From the NCBI RefSeq assembly GCF_001194135.2, contig NC_068992.1, positions 42,336,266-42,379,931 on the forward strand: a DNA stretch of 43,666 nucleotides, written 5' to 3'. The stretch comes from Octopus bimaculoides (Eukaryota). Made by a program: the position numbers and the translations under genes. Positions 23,593-35,862 of the stretch are shown in pieces (positions within the stretch are counted from its first letter, which is position 1; each line of letters begins with the position of its first letter). The notes below the pieces were generated by a model, which was not told where the DNA came from, ran no database searches, and was given only the letters and a program-made list of their open reading frames with translations.

Positions 23593-24366
23593 CTATATGA
23601 ACAAACTTTACAGCAACAATTTCGTTTCCTTCCGTTTCCCACAAACCAAAATATTATTTTACACTTTCAGCTGCTTAAGAACATTCTAAGGGATCGCTAG
23701 AAACAGCAGCCAAACAACTCATTTATCATACAACTAACATATCAGAAAAAGAAACCGAAAAGTATGTTAGACAAGCGATGAGTATGTTAGCCCGAGATAT
23801 ACTATGTCTGATATGTATATAAACAAAAGTAATAATAAACGTGATGGTCATAGTTGGAATACATTTACTTATAAGACCGTTGATCGATGCCGACTTGAGA
23901 GTTAAGCGCCACCAATACAACAATAACAACAACAGCGACAGCAACAACAACCATCAGATTTTTGTGAGCCATCTACGAATACCATGTCGTTGTAGTTGTT
24001 CAATAAGCTAGAAACAGAAGCTAAACCTCCGGCAAATAACACACTGTCTTTAAAGGAGGAAGATATCACCAGACAATTATGCACCCCCCCCCATACACAC
24101 ATAATTTCTTATTAATTTCAATCAGTGAACTACAGCCATGCTGGAGCACCGCCTAGCAGGGATTTTGGTCGACCAAATGGTTCACAGTCCTTTTCTATTC
24201 TGTCGATCTTTATTGCCGGACAGTTTCGTTACTGGGAACGTAAACAAACCCCTAAAAGCTTGTCAACCAGCGCGGGGGGTGGGGTAGATTCATACACAGA
24301 CAAAATTACACATGTACACACTTATGCATGCTCTCCCCGCATTTATATATATATATAAATAAATAA

Positions 24367-24439
<73 letters not shown>

Positions 24440-24446
24440 CATACAT

Positions 24447-24856
24447 TCTTTTGTCTTTTAATTGTTGCCGTCATTTGACTGCGGCCATGCTGGAGCACCG
24501 CCTTCAAGCGTTGTTTAGTCGAACAGATCGACCCCAGGACTTATTCGTTGTAAACCTAACTCTTATTTTGTCTGTCTCTTTTGCCAAACCATTAAGTTAC
24601 GGGGACGTAAACACACTAACACCGGTTACCAAGCGGTGATGATAAACGCAGACAGAAAGACACAGACAAACAAATGCAGATAGATAGATAGATATATGCA
24701 ACGGGCTTCTTTCAGTTTCTGACAACCAAATCCGCTTTCAAGACTTTGTTCATCCCGAAACTATACTAAAAGACACTCACCCAAGCTGCCACGCAGTGGG
24801 ACTGAACACGGAACCATGTGGTTGTGAAGCAAGCTTCTTATCACACAACCATGCCT
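24447..24856 (-). mobile_element. SINE family A, near full-length (tRNA head, body, microsatellite, tail)
   Basis: Minus strand: GGCATGGTTGTGTGATAAGAAGCTTGCTTC...GTTCAGTCCC (A/B-box-like), body, GATA/CA spacer, tail ending AAAAGA. A second tail fragment lies at 24130-24300. Confidence 0.88.
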
Positions 24857-25548
24857 ATTTTCCAAGAAAAGACGAGGTGGTCACCTATGCATTACACATG
24901 TAGGTCATGTTAGAAAACCGAAATTATAACAATTTAGGAACGTTCCCAATACCTTCTCATATTTTCCGTACATTTCCATAATCATCTTCTACTTTCAAAA
25001 CCACGCCGCCTTCACCGTGCTAAACTGTATTCCTTACGTGCTGTGAAACTAGGAACTTTAACTTGCACTCTGCCGTTGGCCCTTTATGCTTTAGTCCCTT
25101 CACCGGCCTTGTCAGGTAAGAACTTCAAAGAATATTGTGTAACTATTATAAGGATAAGACTAGCTTGGGTCGTACGTATGAAATGAACAAAAGAAACCCA
25201 GTAAGAACAAAAGGAAAGTACGACTTCCAGAGGATTTGAACTCGTAATATTAATGGCAGCATGGTGAACCGTGACCTCAAACTCGTAATCTATAAGGTTC
25301 CTTTCATCTTTCAGATCTGCTGAACTGATAACCATTTATTACTTTCAGGGTTGTAGTCAATGAGTTGCAGACAGGCTGGAGCACTGCATTATGAGCAACA
25401 ACAGGCAGACACATAAATAAATAAACAAATAAATAAATAAATAAATAAATAAATAAAGGAGAACCATTCACAAAATATATGTATAGAACAGAAATAAATA
25501 GGCCTTGAAATTTTGTATATATATATATAAATATATATGCATAAGGAA

Positions 25549-25588
<40 letters not shown>

Positions 25589-26069
25589 NNNNNNNNNNNN
25601 NNNNNNNNNNNNNNNNNNNNNNNNNNNNNNNNNNNNNNNNNNNNNNNNNNNNNNNNNNNNNNNNNNNNNNNNNNNNNNNNNNNNNNNNNNNNNNNNNNNN
25701 NNNNNNNNNNNNNNNNNNNNNNNNNNNNNNNNNNNNNNNNNNNNNNNNNNNNNNNNNNNNNNNNNNNNNNNNNNNNNNNNNNNNNNNNNNNNNNNNNNNN
25801 NNNNNNNNNNNNNNNNNNNNNNNNNNNNNNNNNNNNNNNNNNNNNNNNNNNNNNNNNNNNNNNNNNNNNNNNNNNNNNNNNNNNNNNNNNNNNNNNNNNN
25901 NNNNNNNNNNNNNNNNNNNNNNNNNNNNNNNNNNNNNNNNNNNNNNNNNNNNNNNNNNNNNNNNNNNNNNNNNNNNNNNNNNNNNNNNNNNNNNNNNNNN
26001 NNNNNNNNNNNNNNNNNNNNNNNNNNNNNNNNNNNNNNNNNNNNNNNNNNNNNNNNNNNNNNNNNNNNN

Positions 26070-26130
<61 letters not shown>

Positions 26131-26139
26131 ATGTAAAAG

Positions 26140-26173
<34 letters not shown>

Positions 26174-26741
26174 GATTAGTTTTGTAAAAATATTGTTAAA
26201 GTTATTTTCCTAATAATGTAATAAACGCAATTATAATTAAAAAAAATACAATTAGCATTGAAACAAAAAAAAATAATAAAATGGAATTAATTATCTACTT
26301 TTATAATTTCTTTTTTAAATACCTCTCATCAACACCAGAAACAATATTATTTACATTCGTACAACAACAACAACAACAACAATAATTTTTAGAAGCAAAA
26401 TAGTAAATGAAGATTTCAATGTTAAACTAAAGAAAGTGTACACTCACCAAACGTCCATATATAGCTAACGATCATCCGTAGATGCTTGCTTGTCCTTACT
26501 GTATAGTTATTGGAATATAGCAACTTTTATCTCTAACATATGTTGTGTGTGTTTGGGAAACACCTCAACAGCGAGCGCCCCCTCTTGTCGGTAATATGAA
26601 CTTCGCTGCGCTTGTCATATCAGCAGCGTCTAGGCATGTGGCTGGAATCCGTCACGGGAAAATATTGGTCATTCAGCGTTGCGGGATGTAAAGTGTTCAT
26701 TCGGTCGCAACGAGACAGATAGATAGATAGATAGATAGATG

Positions 26742-26791
<50 letters not shown>

Positions 26792-28340
26792 AGAACAGAG
26801 ATAGACAGAAGGATAGACAAATAGATTGATAGATGAATGGATCGATCGATAGATCGATGGATGGATGGATGAATAGATGCGTTATATTAATGTTTGCATA
26901 GGTAATTAGGAGGGTGGGTAGGGAGGTACATATAATGATATGTCACAGAGTGTGTATATATGCAATGTATGTACGTATATATGAATATATTNNNNNNNNN
27001 NNNNNNNNNNNNNNNNNNNNNNNNNNNNNNNNNNNNNNNNNNNNNNNNNNNNNNNNNNNNNNNNNNNNNNNNNNNNNNNNNNNNNNNNNNNNNNNNNNNN
27101 NNNNNNNNNNNNNNNNNNNNNNNNNNNNNNNNNNNNNNNNNNNNNNNNNNNNNNNNNNNNNNNNNNNNNNNNNNNNNNNNNNNNNNNNNNNNNNNNNNNN
27201 NNNNNNNNNNNNNNNNNNNNNNNNNNNNNNNNNNNNNNNNNNNNNNNNNNNNNNNNNNNNNNNNNNNNNNNNNNNNNNNNNNNNNNNNNNNNNNNNNNNN
27301 NNNNNNNNNNNNNNNNNNNNNNNNNNNNNNNNNNNNNNNNNNNNNNNNNNNNNNNNNNNNNNNNNNNNNNNNNNNNNNNNNNNNNNNNNNNNNNNNNNNN
27401 NNNNNNNNNNNNNNNNNNNNNNNNNNNNNNNNNNNNNNNNNNNNNNNNNNNNNNNNNNNNNNNNNNNNNNNNNNNNNNNNNNNNNNNNNNNNNNNNNNNN
27501 NNNNNNNNNNNNNNNNNNNNNNNNNNNNNNNNNNNNNNNNNNNNNNNNNNNNNNNNNNNNNNNNNNNNNNNNNNNNNNNNNNNNNNNNNNNNNNNNNNNN
27601 NNNNNNNNNNNNNNNNNNNNNNNNNNNNNNNNNNNNNNNNNNNNNNNNNNNNNNNNNNNNNNTATATATATATATGTGCATATATATATGTGTGTGTGTG
27701 TGTGTATACTTATAGAGTCAGTTAGTAGTATAGCAGTAGATAGAGGGGATTCTATGGGTGGTACAGGGGGAAGAGTAGGGTGGATAGATGTATCAATTGA
27801 GGTTTCTGATTGGTTGATTGTAAATTAAAGAATCAACGTGAAACGAGTAAAGTGAGACTGAAGGATAGACAGAAAGATAGAGGGAGAGAGAGAGAGAGAG
27901 AGAATTGTGGAAAAGGCAGAGTAAGTTGCAAAGGGAAAGGAAGATAGCGAAAGAGAGAGAGGGGGAGGAGAAAATATGTGTAAATGATAGCTAAACACAA
28001 TGAGAAAGGAAGAAGGGGAGAAAGAGAGAGTGAGAGGTTGATTGAGAATGAAAGATTTTGCAACGAAGAGAAAAATGTTCAAGTGTGTGTGTGCGCGTGC
28101 AACCCCTGTGTTTGTGTGCAAGAGTCAAACAGAGCCAGTGTGTGTATGCGTGTGTTGATCAGCGTATGTGAACGTATGCGAATGAATGCGTGAATATGTG
28201 TGCGTGTGCGTGTGTGTGTGTTTGGGTGTGTGCTATGCATCTAAGCATCTGTGTGCATGTGTAATTATATAGGCTTCGTGAAACAAACAGCATAAACAGA
28301 ACTCGATAAATGAGTATATGTCTCTATACATACACATCTC

Positions 28341-28386
<46 letters not shown>

Positions 28387-28595
28387 AATCTATCTATCTA
28401 TCTCCCTTTTTAATCGGTTAAAGTTGTATGCGAGCGCGTGTACTTGCATGTGTGCGTCAGTCAGTTTGTGAATGAAGCTGTTGCGTTTCTGTTGCAAGAG
28501 GCTCAACGCGGGTGTGAAATGAATGAAAGAACACGAAGAGCGACGATACGATAGTAAAAGAACTGGGGAGGGTTCTTACAAACGAAGGACTTGGC

Positions 28596-28933
<338 letters not shown>

Positions 28934-29478
28934 GCAGCGAGCTGGCAGAATCGTTAGTACAGCGGACGAAATGCTGAGCAATATATCGCCTGTCACAACG
29001 TCCTCAGTTCAAATTCCGGCGACTACTAGAGTCTCCTAAAATTCAGGCTTTGTGCCTGAAGAGAATTTTTACTAAAGGGAGCGACCTAGCAGAATTGCTG
29101 GTGCGACGGACGATATTGCTCGGTGGCATTTTCCGGGCTTTACATTCTGAGTTCAAATGTCACCGTCATTGACTTAGCCATTCATTCTTTCGAGATCGAT
29201 TAAATAAGTACCAGTCTAAAATATTTCAGACCTTGGCGCCTATAGTAGAAAAGGATCATTATTATTGTTGTTATTATTATTAAGGCGGCGAGCTGGTAGA
29301 ATCGTTAGCACGCTGGACGAAATTGTTAGCTACGTTCTGAGTTCAAATCCAACTGAGGTCGACTTTGCCTTTCATCATTACGAAGTCGATAAAATTGGTA
29401 CCAGTTGAATACTGAGATCGATGTAATTGACTTAATCCCTTCCCCAAAAATTTGAGGCCTTTTGCTTCCAGTAAAAAG

Positions 29479-29525
<47 letters not shown>
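28934..29525 (+). mobile_element. three tandem SINE family B copies
   Basis: Heads at about 28934, 29075 and 29282 (GCGGCGAGCTGG(C/T)AGAATCGTTAG); the last copy ends in (ATT)n at 29481-29525. Confidence 0.85.
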
Positions 29526-29526
<1 letters not shown>

Positions 29527-29695
29527 GGAAAAATAAATGCCTGCTTTCATGTAAATCTCTGTATGTTATTAAACGTTGGGGAAAGAGAGAAATAGAGGAA
29601 GTGAGAAAGAACGAGAGAATAAATGAATGAGAGAATAGACGAATAACGAAGCAAGGAAACAAAAAAAAGCTGGGAAACAACAAAGGGATAAATTA

Positions 29696-29730
<35 letters not shown>

Positions 29731-29734
<4 letters not shown>

Positions 29735-29895
29735 GCGTGGCTGTGTGTTGAGAAGCTTGCTACCCAACCACATGTTTCCGGGTTCAGCCCCACTGCATGG
29801 TACCTTGGGCAAGTATTTTCTACTATTTCCTCGAGCCTACCAATCCCTTGTGAGTAGATTTGGTAGGCGGAATCTAAACGAAGCTCGTTGTATGA
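29731..29895 (+). mobile_element. SINE family A, head and body
   Basis: GGCGTGGCTGTGTG (A box)...GGGTTCAGCCCC (B box)...ACCTTGGGCAAGT (CORE-like)...; followed by (TA/TG)n. Confidence 0.88.
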
Positions 29896-30083
29896 ATATA
29901 TATATATGTGTATATGTGCGTGTGCGTGTGCGTGTGTGTGTGTATGAATATCCGTGCATTTATACATATGCATATATACAGATATACATATATAAATACA
30001 TATACATATGTATATATATGTATGTATGTATGTATGCAGGTATGTATGTGTATATATATATGTATATGTAATGTATTGGCATG

Positions 30084-30151
<68 letters not shown>

Positions 30152-30710
30152 TGTGTGTTTCTTTGTATCTACGTACGCACATAGTCGTGTATATGTATGC
30201 ATTGTTATTACAGTTTCGACCGCAAGTCTGCAATATTTTCACAAGGATCAATGATGCTCCAGCCATGCCTAACCTTATTTAAGTATGGTAATATGGTAGT
30301 CCGAAACTTCGCTTCATAACCATGATTTTCGGGTTCGATATCCAATGGAAAATTGAACTAGTGCTTTTAATTATCGCTTCGGAAGGACTAGTGACTTGGT
30401 GAAGCAAGCATAACGGCGGAAGTTCTGAAAGAAACACGTGTATGCATGCATGTATGCATGTATGTATGTGTGCGTATGTGAGTGTTTATACCTACTTATA
30501 TACGCGCACACACATCTTTTGCACCATTGGTGTAAGCGCTGAAATTTTGTGGGTGGGGGAAAGTCAATGTAAAAGACTTTTACATCGACCTTCCCCTCCA
30601 ACTCCGCCAATGCTCGGATGACACTTGTTTCATAGACCTGCGGCTCTGCATCTTATCCGCTGCACGCACGCACACACACATACGCACACGTGTATATATG
30701 TATGTATGCA

Positions 30711-30758
<48 letters not shown>

Positions 30759-30761
<3 letters not shown>

Positions 30762-31978
30762 GGGTTGGACAAAAATGGAAACACCTTAAAATTTCAAATA
30801 AATTTATTTCAATATGGGGTTACACCGACTTTGGCAGTAATTGCAGCTTGAATTCTACGAGGTATGGACTCGTGCAAAGTTTGAATTGTTTCCAAAGAAA
30901 TTTTTGTCCATTCTTCAGCTAAAACAGTCTCCAGTTCTTGCAGTGATGATGGTGGAAGATATCGGCTCCTTACTTGTTTTTCTAAAATGCGCCATAAATG
31001 TTCAATAATATTGAGATCTGGGGACTGTGGTGGCCAGATAAGATGTTTAACTTCACTAGAATGTTCCTCGTGTCATTCAGTAACAACTTTACCTGTGTGA
31101 ATTGGTGCATTATTATCCTGAAAGATTGCGTTTACTTCCAGAAACAGTTCCACATCCATAGGATGAATGTGATTGGATAAGATGCTTAAATAGTCTTAAC
31201 TATTAATTCTGCCATGAAGGTAAACCATTGGGCCGGCGGATTTCCAGATCATCACAGATTCTCCTCCATGTTTAACAGTTGGAAGAAGGCGGTCTGGGTT
31301 AAATGCTTCTTCTGGCTATCCCCACACGTATACTCACCCGGTGGTTGGAAATAAGGTAAAGGATGACTTGTCCGAGAAAATAACATTCTTCCACTGATCT
31401 AGGGACTAATTTTGTAGGTTTTACTCCGCTCTAAACGCTTTGCATCGCTTGTTTTTGAAACTGGTGGTTTTCTTATTGCAGCTCTCCCGTGAATGCCGGC
31501 TTTGTGCAGCTCCCGGTGAATAGTTTTTGTGGAAACTGGTTTCTCAAGGTGGTCAGTAAGCTATGCAGCAATTTTGGGAGCTGTAGTTTTGTGATCCTTT
31601 CTAACAATTCGCGTATGAGTCCGACGGTACCTATCTCAAAGTTTTGGTTTTCTTCCGGAGTTTTGTTTCAACGAGGAGGTTTTTCCTTCTTTCTCAAAGA
31701 CTGTCATTACTTTCGAGACAGTACTTCTTGATACACCAAGCATTTCATTACCCTAGCACCTGCCATATGAGCACCAGCAATTTGACCTATTTGAAAGTCC
31801 AGTAGATCTGTCATTTCAATGAAATTTAATTACCTTTTTCTGATGATATCTGAAAATAAACAGCAATGTTAGCAAAACATATTAATCAAAACACATAAAA
31901 ATAAACAAGCTTTTGACGGTTTTATAGATATTTCAAATTTATGATGCTAGGTGTTTCTACTATTCTGTCCAACCCATG
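30759..31978 (-). mobile_element. Tc1-type DNA transposon, 1220 bp, DD36E (Incomer-like) spacing
   Basis: TIRs CAGGGGTTGGACAAAAATGGAAACACCT (30759-30786) and AGGTGTTTCTACTATTCTGTCCAACCCATG (31949-31978); TA at 30757-58 and 31979-80. Confidence 0.95.
30809..31814 (-). pseudogene. Tc1-family transposase pseudogene
   Basis: MTDLLDFQIGQIAGA..GVSRSTVSKVM..NSGRKPKL* (HTH, GRK), RKP, VIFSDKSSF, TVKHGGESVMIW, FQDNNAPIHT, WPPQSPDLNIIEHLW, ..IPRRIQAAITAKVGVTPY*. Several in-frame stops and frameshifts. Confidence 0.93.
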
Positions 31979-32021
31979 TATGTGTATATATATATATATA
32001 TATATACACACACCACACACA

Positions 32022-32068
<47 letters not shown>

Positions 32069-32140
32069 GCGGTTGCGATGCCGTTCCTAAGTGTCTTTTT
32101 TGATTTCTAAATCTCTAATTCAGTTTCTTGTATCGTTTGC

Positions 32141-32582
32141 TGTTGTTGTTGGCACTCCGTCGCTTACGACGACGAGGGTTCCAGTTGATCCGATCAACGG
32201 AACAGCCTGCTCGTGAAATTAACGTGCAAGTGGCTGAGCACTCCACAGACACCTGTACCCTTAACGTAGTTCTCGGGGATATTCAGCGTGACACAGTGTA
32301 ACAAAGCTGACCCTTTGAATTAAAGGCACAACAGAAACGGGAAGTAAGAGTGAGGAAAGTTGTGTTGATGGAGTACAGCAGGGTTCGCCACCATCCCCTG
32401 CCGGAGCCTCGTAGAGTTTTAGGTGTTTTCGCTCACTAAACACTTACAACGCCCGGTCTGGGANNNNNNNNNNTTTAGGTGTTTTCGCTCACTAAACACT
32501 TACAACGCCCGGTCTGGGAATCGAAACCGCGATCCTATGACCGCGAGTCCGCTGCCTTAACCACTGTGCCATTGCGCCTCCA
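32141..32582 (-). mobile_element. tRNA-derived SINE family C with (CAA)n tail
   Basis: Minus strand head GGCGCAATGGCACAGTGGTTAAGGCAGCGGACTCGCGG...GGTTTCGATTCCC (A and B boxes); tail ...GGAGTGCCAACAACAAC. 46 bp is duplicated across the 10-N gap. Confidence 0.88.
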
Positions 32583-32869
32583 TTCTTGTATCGTTATATG
32601 CTCACTAAATCTTCGTTTCAGGGGGAATAGCGGCCCTTGCCGATTGCTCCTGTCAACACCCGCTTAACTGGTGATTGCGAGTTTGACGTTAAAGATGTAG
32701 TCAGCTTCCAGGAAGCACTGCCCAACTTACGTTGTGTATTTTGGTCGACCATACAGATCACAATTTGTGTTATGAGCAGCCGAACACATTTGGATTTTGG
32801 ACAATCTTTGCTTTCCTTATCTACTTTTTTTTTATTTTTTATTTATGCCGCCGGTTTCTATGGTGTATA

Positions 32870-33050
32870 TGTTCCCCTCAGCTGGACGGGACGCCAGTCC
32901 ATCGCAGCGTTATTCAAGAAACAGGAAGAAAGAGTGAGAAAAATTTGGGGCGAAAGAGTACAACAAGGGTCACCACCACCCTCTGCCGGAGCCTCGGACT
33001 TATTCTTTGTAAGCCTATTACTTACACTATAAGCCTAGTACTTACTAAGG
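32870..33050 (-). mobile_element. chimeric SINE fragment (family C module joined to family A tail)
   Basis: 32918-32996 matches 32334-32411, directly followed by GACTTATTCTTTGTAAGCC (family A tail, compare 7850-7863 and 24538-24557). Confidence 0.65.
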
Positions 33051-33554
33051 GGATGNNNNNNNNNNNNNNNNNNNNNNNNNNNNNNNNNNNNNNNNNNNNN
33101 NNNNNNNNNNNNNNNNNNNNNNNNNNNNNNNNNNNNNNNNNNNNNNNNNNNNNNNNNNNNNNNNNNNNNNNNNNNNNNNNNNNNNNNNNNNNNNNNNNNN
33201 NNNNNNNNNNNNNNNNNNNNNNNNNNNNNNNNNNNNNNNNNNNNNNNNNNNNNNNNNNNNNNNNNNNNNNNNNNNNNNNNNNNNNNNNNNNNNNNNNNNN
33301 NNNNNNNNNNNNNNNNNNNNNNNNNNNNNNNNNNNNNNNNNNNNNNNNNNNNNNNNNNNNNNNNNNNNNNNNNNNNNNNNNNNNNNNNNNNNNNNNNNNN
33401 NNNNNNNNNNNNNNNNNNNNNNNNNNNNNNNNNNNNNNNNNNNNNNNNNNNNNNNNNNNNNNNNNNNNNNNNNNNNNNNNNNNNNNNNNNNNNNNNNNNN
33501 NNNNNNNNNNNNNNNNNNNNNNNNNNNNNNNNNNNNNNNNNNNNNNNNNNNNGT

Positions 33555-33760
33555 GTGTGTATTTCTCCCCCACCACTGCTTAACAACCGGTGTTAATGCG
33601 TTTACAACCCCAGAAATTAGCAGGTCGGCGAAAGACACAGATAGAATAAGTACCAGATTTTAGAAGAAAAATGTCCAAGGGTCGATTTGCTGGCCTAAAA
33701 TTCTTCAAGGCGGTGCCCCAACATGGCCGAAGTCTAATGAATGAAACAATTAAGAGATAG
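33555..33760 (+). mobile_element. SINE family A 3' tail
   Basis: ATAGAATAAGTACCAG...GGGTCGATTTGC...AAGGCGGTGCCCCAACATGGCC. Confidence 0.8.
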
Positions 33761-34356
33761 AAAATAAATGATAAAAACGATGACACCAAACCGTATTTTG
33801 TGGCTGGTAACTAGAGTAATGTTTTTAATTATGTGTTTAACGAATGAAGTCTGTCGTTGCGTTAGAGAGAGAAAAAAAAGAAGAAACAACAGAAAGCACA
33901 AATAGCACCATAAAACAAACAATAGTATTTTTCACCTGAAAATGAACTCGACCAGTAATAGAACAACATCAATAAATAATAAAAATAAGAAGCTATTCTC
34001 GATATTACGTGGATTATTTCCTGAATCAATAGGCAAGATTAACAGAAACTCAAGTGGTCAGGGATTAATTAAGAAAATTTGTGGCGTTAAAAGAATAAAA
34101 ATTTCTTTACTATTTGATGAATAAAGGCAAAGAATTGTTTCATTATTATTTTATATTGAGACGGAGAAATATTGTAAACCAAAACATATTAAGTTGTGTA
34201 AATTATAAGAAGAATATGTTAATCCTAACATTATATTTCATCCTTGTTTAATCGGATTTCTTCAGGCTGGACGTTGCAGATAATCTATAGACCAATCATG
34301 TATGTATAACTGATTGCAGAAATCCTCTATGAACATTGCTACTTTTGTTTAAACAA

Positions 34357-34409
<53 letters not shown>

Positions 34410-35330
34410 CGAGTGTGGGAGCGACCGACAAACATACACACAGACAGAGAAGTGGGGAGGGGCGTTATCATCAAGGACACAAAATTAGCGGTCCAGATAT
34501 CGATATATATTTTGAAAGTTTATTTGAAAAGATTAAAGTTAACAAAACAATTTTAAATATTGAAAGTTAAACATAAAATTATTTAAATTTGGACTGCTAT
34601 TTCGAAATTCAATTTTTAAAAATTTAATAACGACATAACGTCATNNNNNNNNNNNNNNNNNNNNNNNNNNNNNNNNNNNNNNNNNNNNNNNNNNNNNNNN
34701 NNNNNNNNNNNNNNNNNNNNNNNNNNNNNNNNNNNNNNNNNNNNNNNNNNNNNNNNNNNNNNNNNNNNNNNNNNNNNNNNNNNNNNNNNNGATTGGCCCC
34801 TCCGCCAAAATTTCGAGCCTTGTGCCTAGAACAGAAAAGAATATTTTCAATGCAAAATTAGATATAATGATTAAATGGAAAGGTGGCGAACTGGTAAAAT
34901 CGTGAGCACCTCGGACAAACTACATAAGGGCATTTAATTCGGTTCTTTAGAATCCCACCGAAATCAACTCTGCCTCACATCCCTTCCTGGATGGAAATGA
35001 ATAAAATGAACCGCCAGTCAAATATGGGAGTCGATGTAATCCGGCAACGTACCAACGTTCCATTCGGGGAGAATGCCGTGATTTCGGTCTCTCATACGCC
35101 AAGCAAACTGGATCGCACAAGGAAAAGACAAAAAAAAAAAAACAGGTGGGGGATGTGGAACAGAATGTAAAACATCAGATGTTATTGTAATCTCCTCCCT
35201 AGTGCACAAGTAGCGGCAAATATTGGAAGCGATCTGTAGTAATAATTTCTCTAAAAGCAACTTGGTAAAATCGGTGATGAGCCTACAGAAACGTTAGCAC
35301 GCGGGGCGAAATGCTTAGCGATATTTCGCC

Positions 35331-35524
35331 TAATACAGTTCTATATTTTAGAGATGAGGAATTCTGTACAGTATTTATATTATTTACATTTGACGGATCT
35401 TTGTCCTCATCTTGTTTGTTGTTAATTCAACGTTGCGGCTGACGTACTCTCCAACATTCATCAGCTCTCTTGGGGAAGTTTCGAACCAGGTTTCTCTTTC
35501 CTAAGGTATTCTTCGATGTTGTTG

Positions 35525-35560
<36 letters not shown>

Positions 35561-35862
35561 TCACTGCCTAGAATCGAACTCGGAATCTTGGTGTTCGTAG
35601 CCCGCGCTCTTAATCACTACGCCACGGGCATATGGCGTGTGGTTAAGAGCGCGGGGCTACTAACCCCAAGATTCCGACTACGGTTCTAGGCAGTGACCTG
35701 AATAATAATAACAACAACAACAACAACAACATCGAAAAATATCTTAGGAATGAGAACCCAGGTTCGAAACTTGCTCAAGACAACTGATGAAGGCTGGAGG
35801 ATATATCAGCCGAAACGTTGTGCTAACAGCAAACTAGATATCCGTCAAAGGTAAATAATGTA
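35331..35862. mobile_element. palindromic (head-to-head) tRNA-headed element with hammerhead-bearing tails, 11-bp TSD
   Basis: 35376-35624 pairs imperfectly with 35633-35862; GATATTTCGCC at 35320-35330 and 35863-35873; A-box-like TGGCGTGTGGTTAAG and B box GAGTTCGATTC (reverse complement of 35571-35581). Confidence 0.85.
35779..35824 (+). ncRNA. minimal hammerhead ribozyme-like motif
   Basis: CUGAUGA (35784-35790), A, stem II GGCUG/CAGCC (35792-35796/35807-35811), GAAA (35812-35815), CGUU. Stem I only partly paired in this copy. Confidence 0.6.

Noticed and set aside
23210-23689. His-rich, Asp-rich and Met-rich ORFs
   Set aside because: All three frames are readouts of a compound (ATC)n microsatellite.
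32418-32519. 46-bp direct repeat on either side of a 10-N gap
   Set aside because: Identical overlap of contig ends inside one SINE; assembly artefact.
32510-32582. tRNA-like sequence, also at 35560-35700
   Set aside because: These are SINE heads continuous with repeat bodies and lack a complete cloverleaf acceptor stem; not called tRNA genes.
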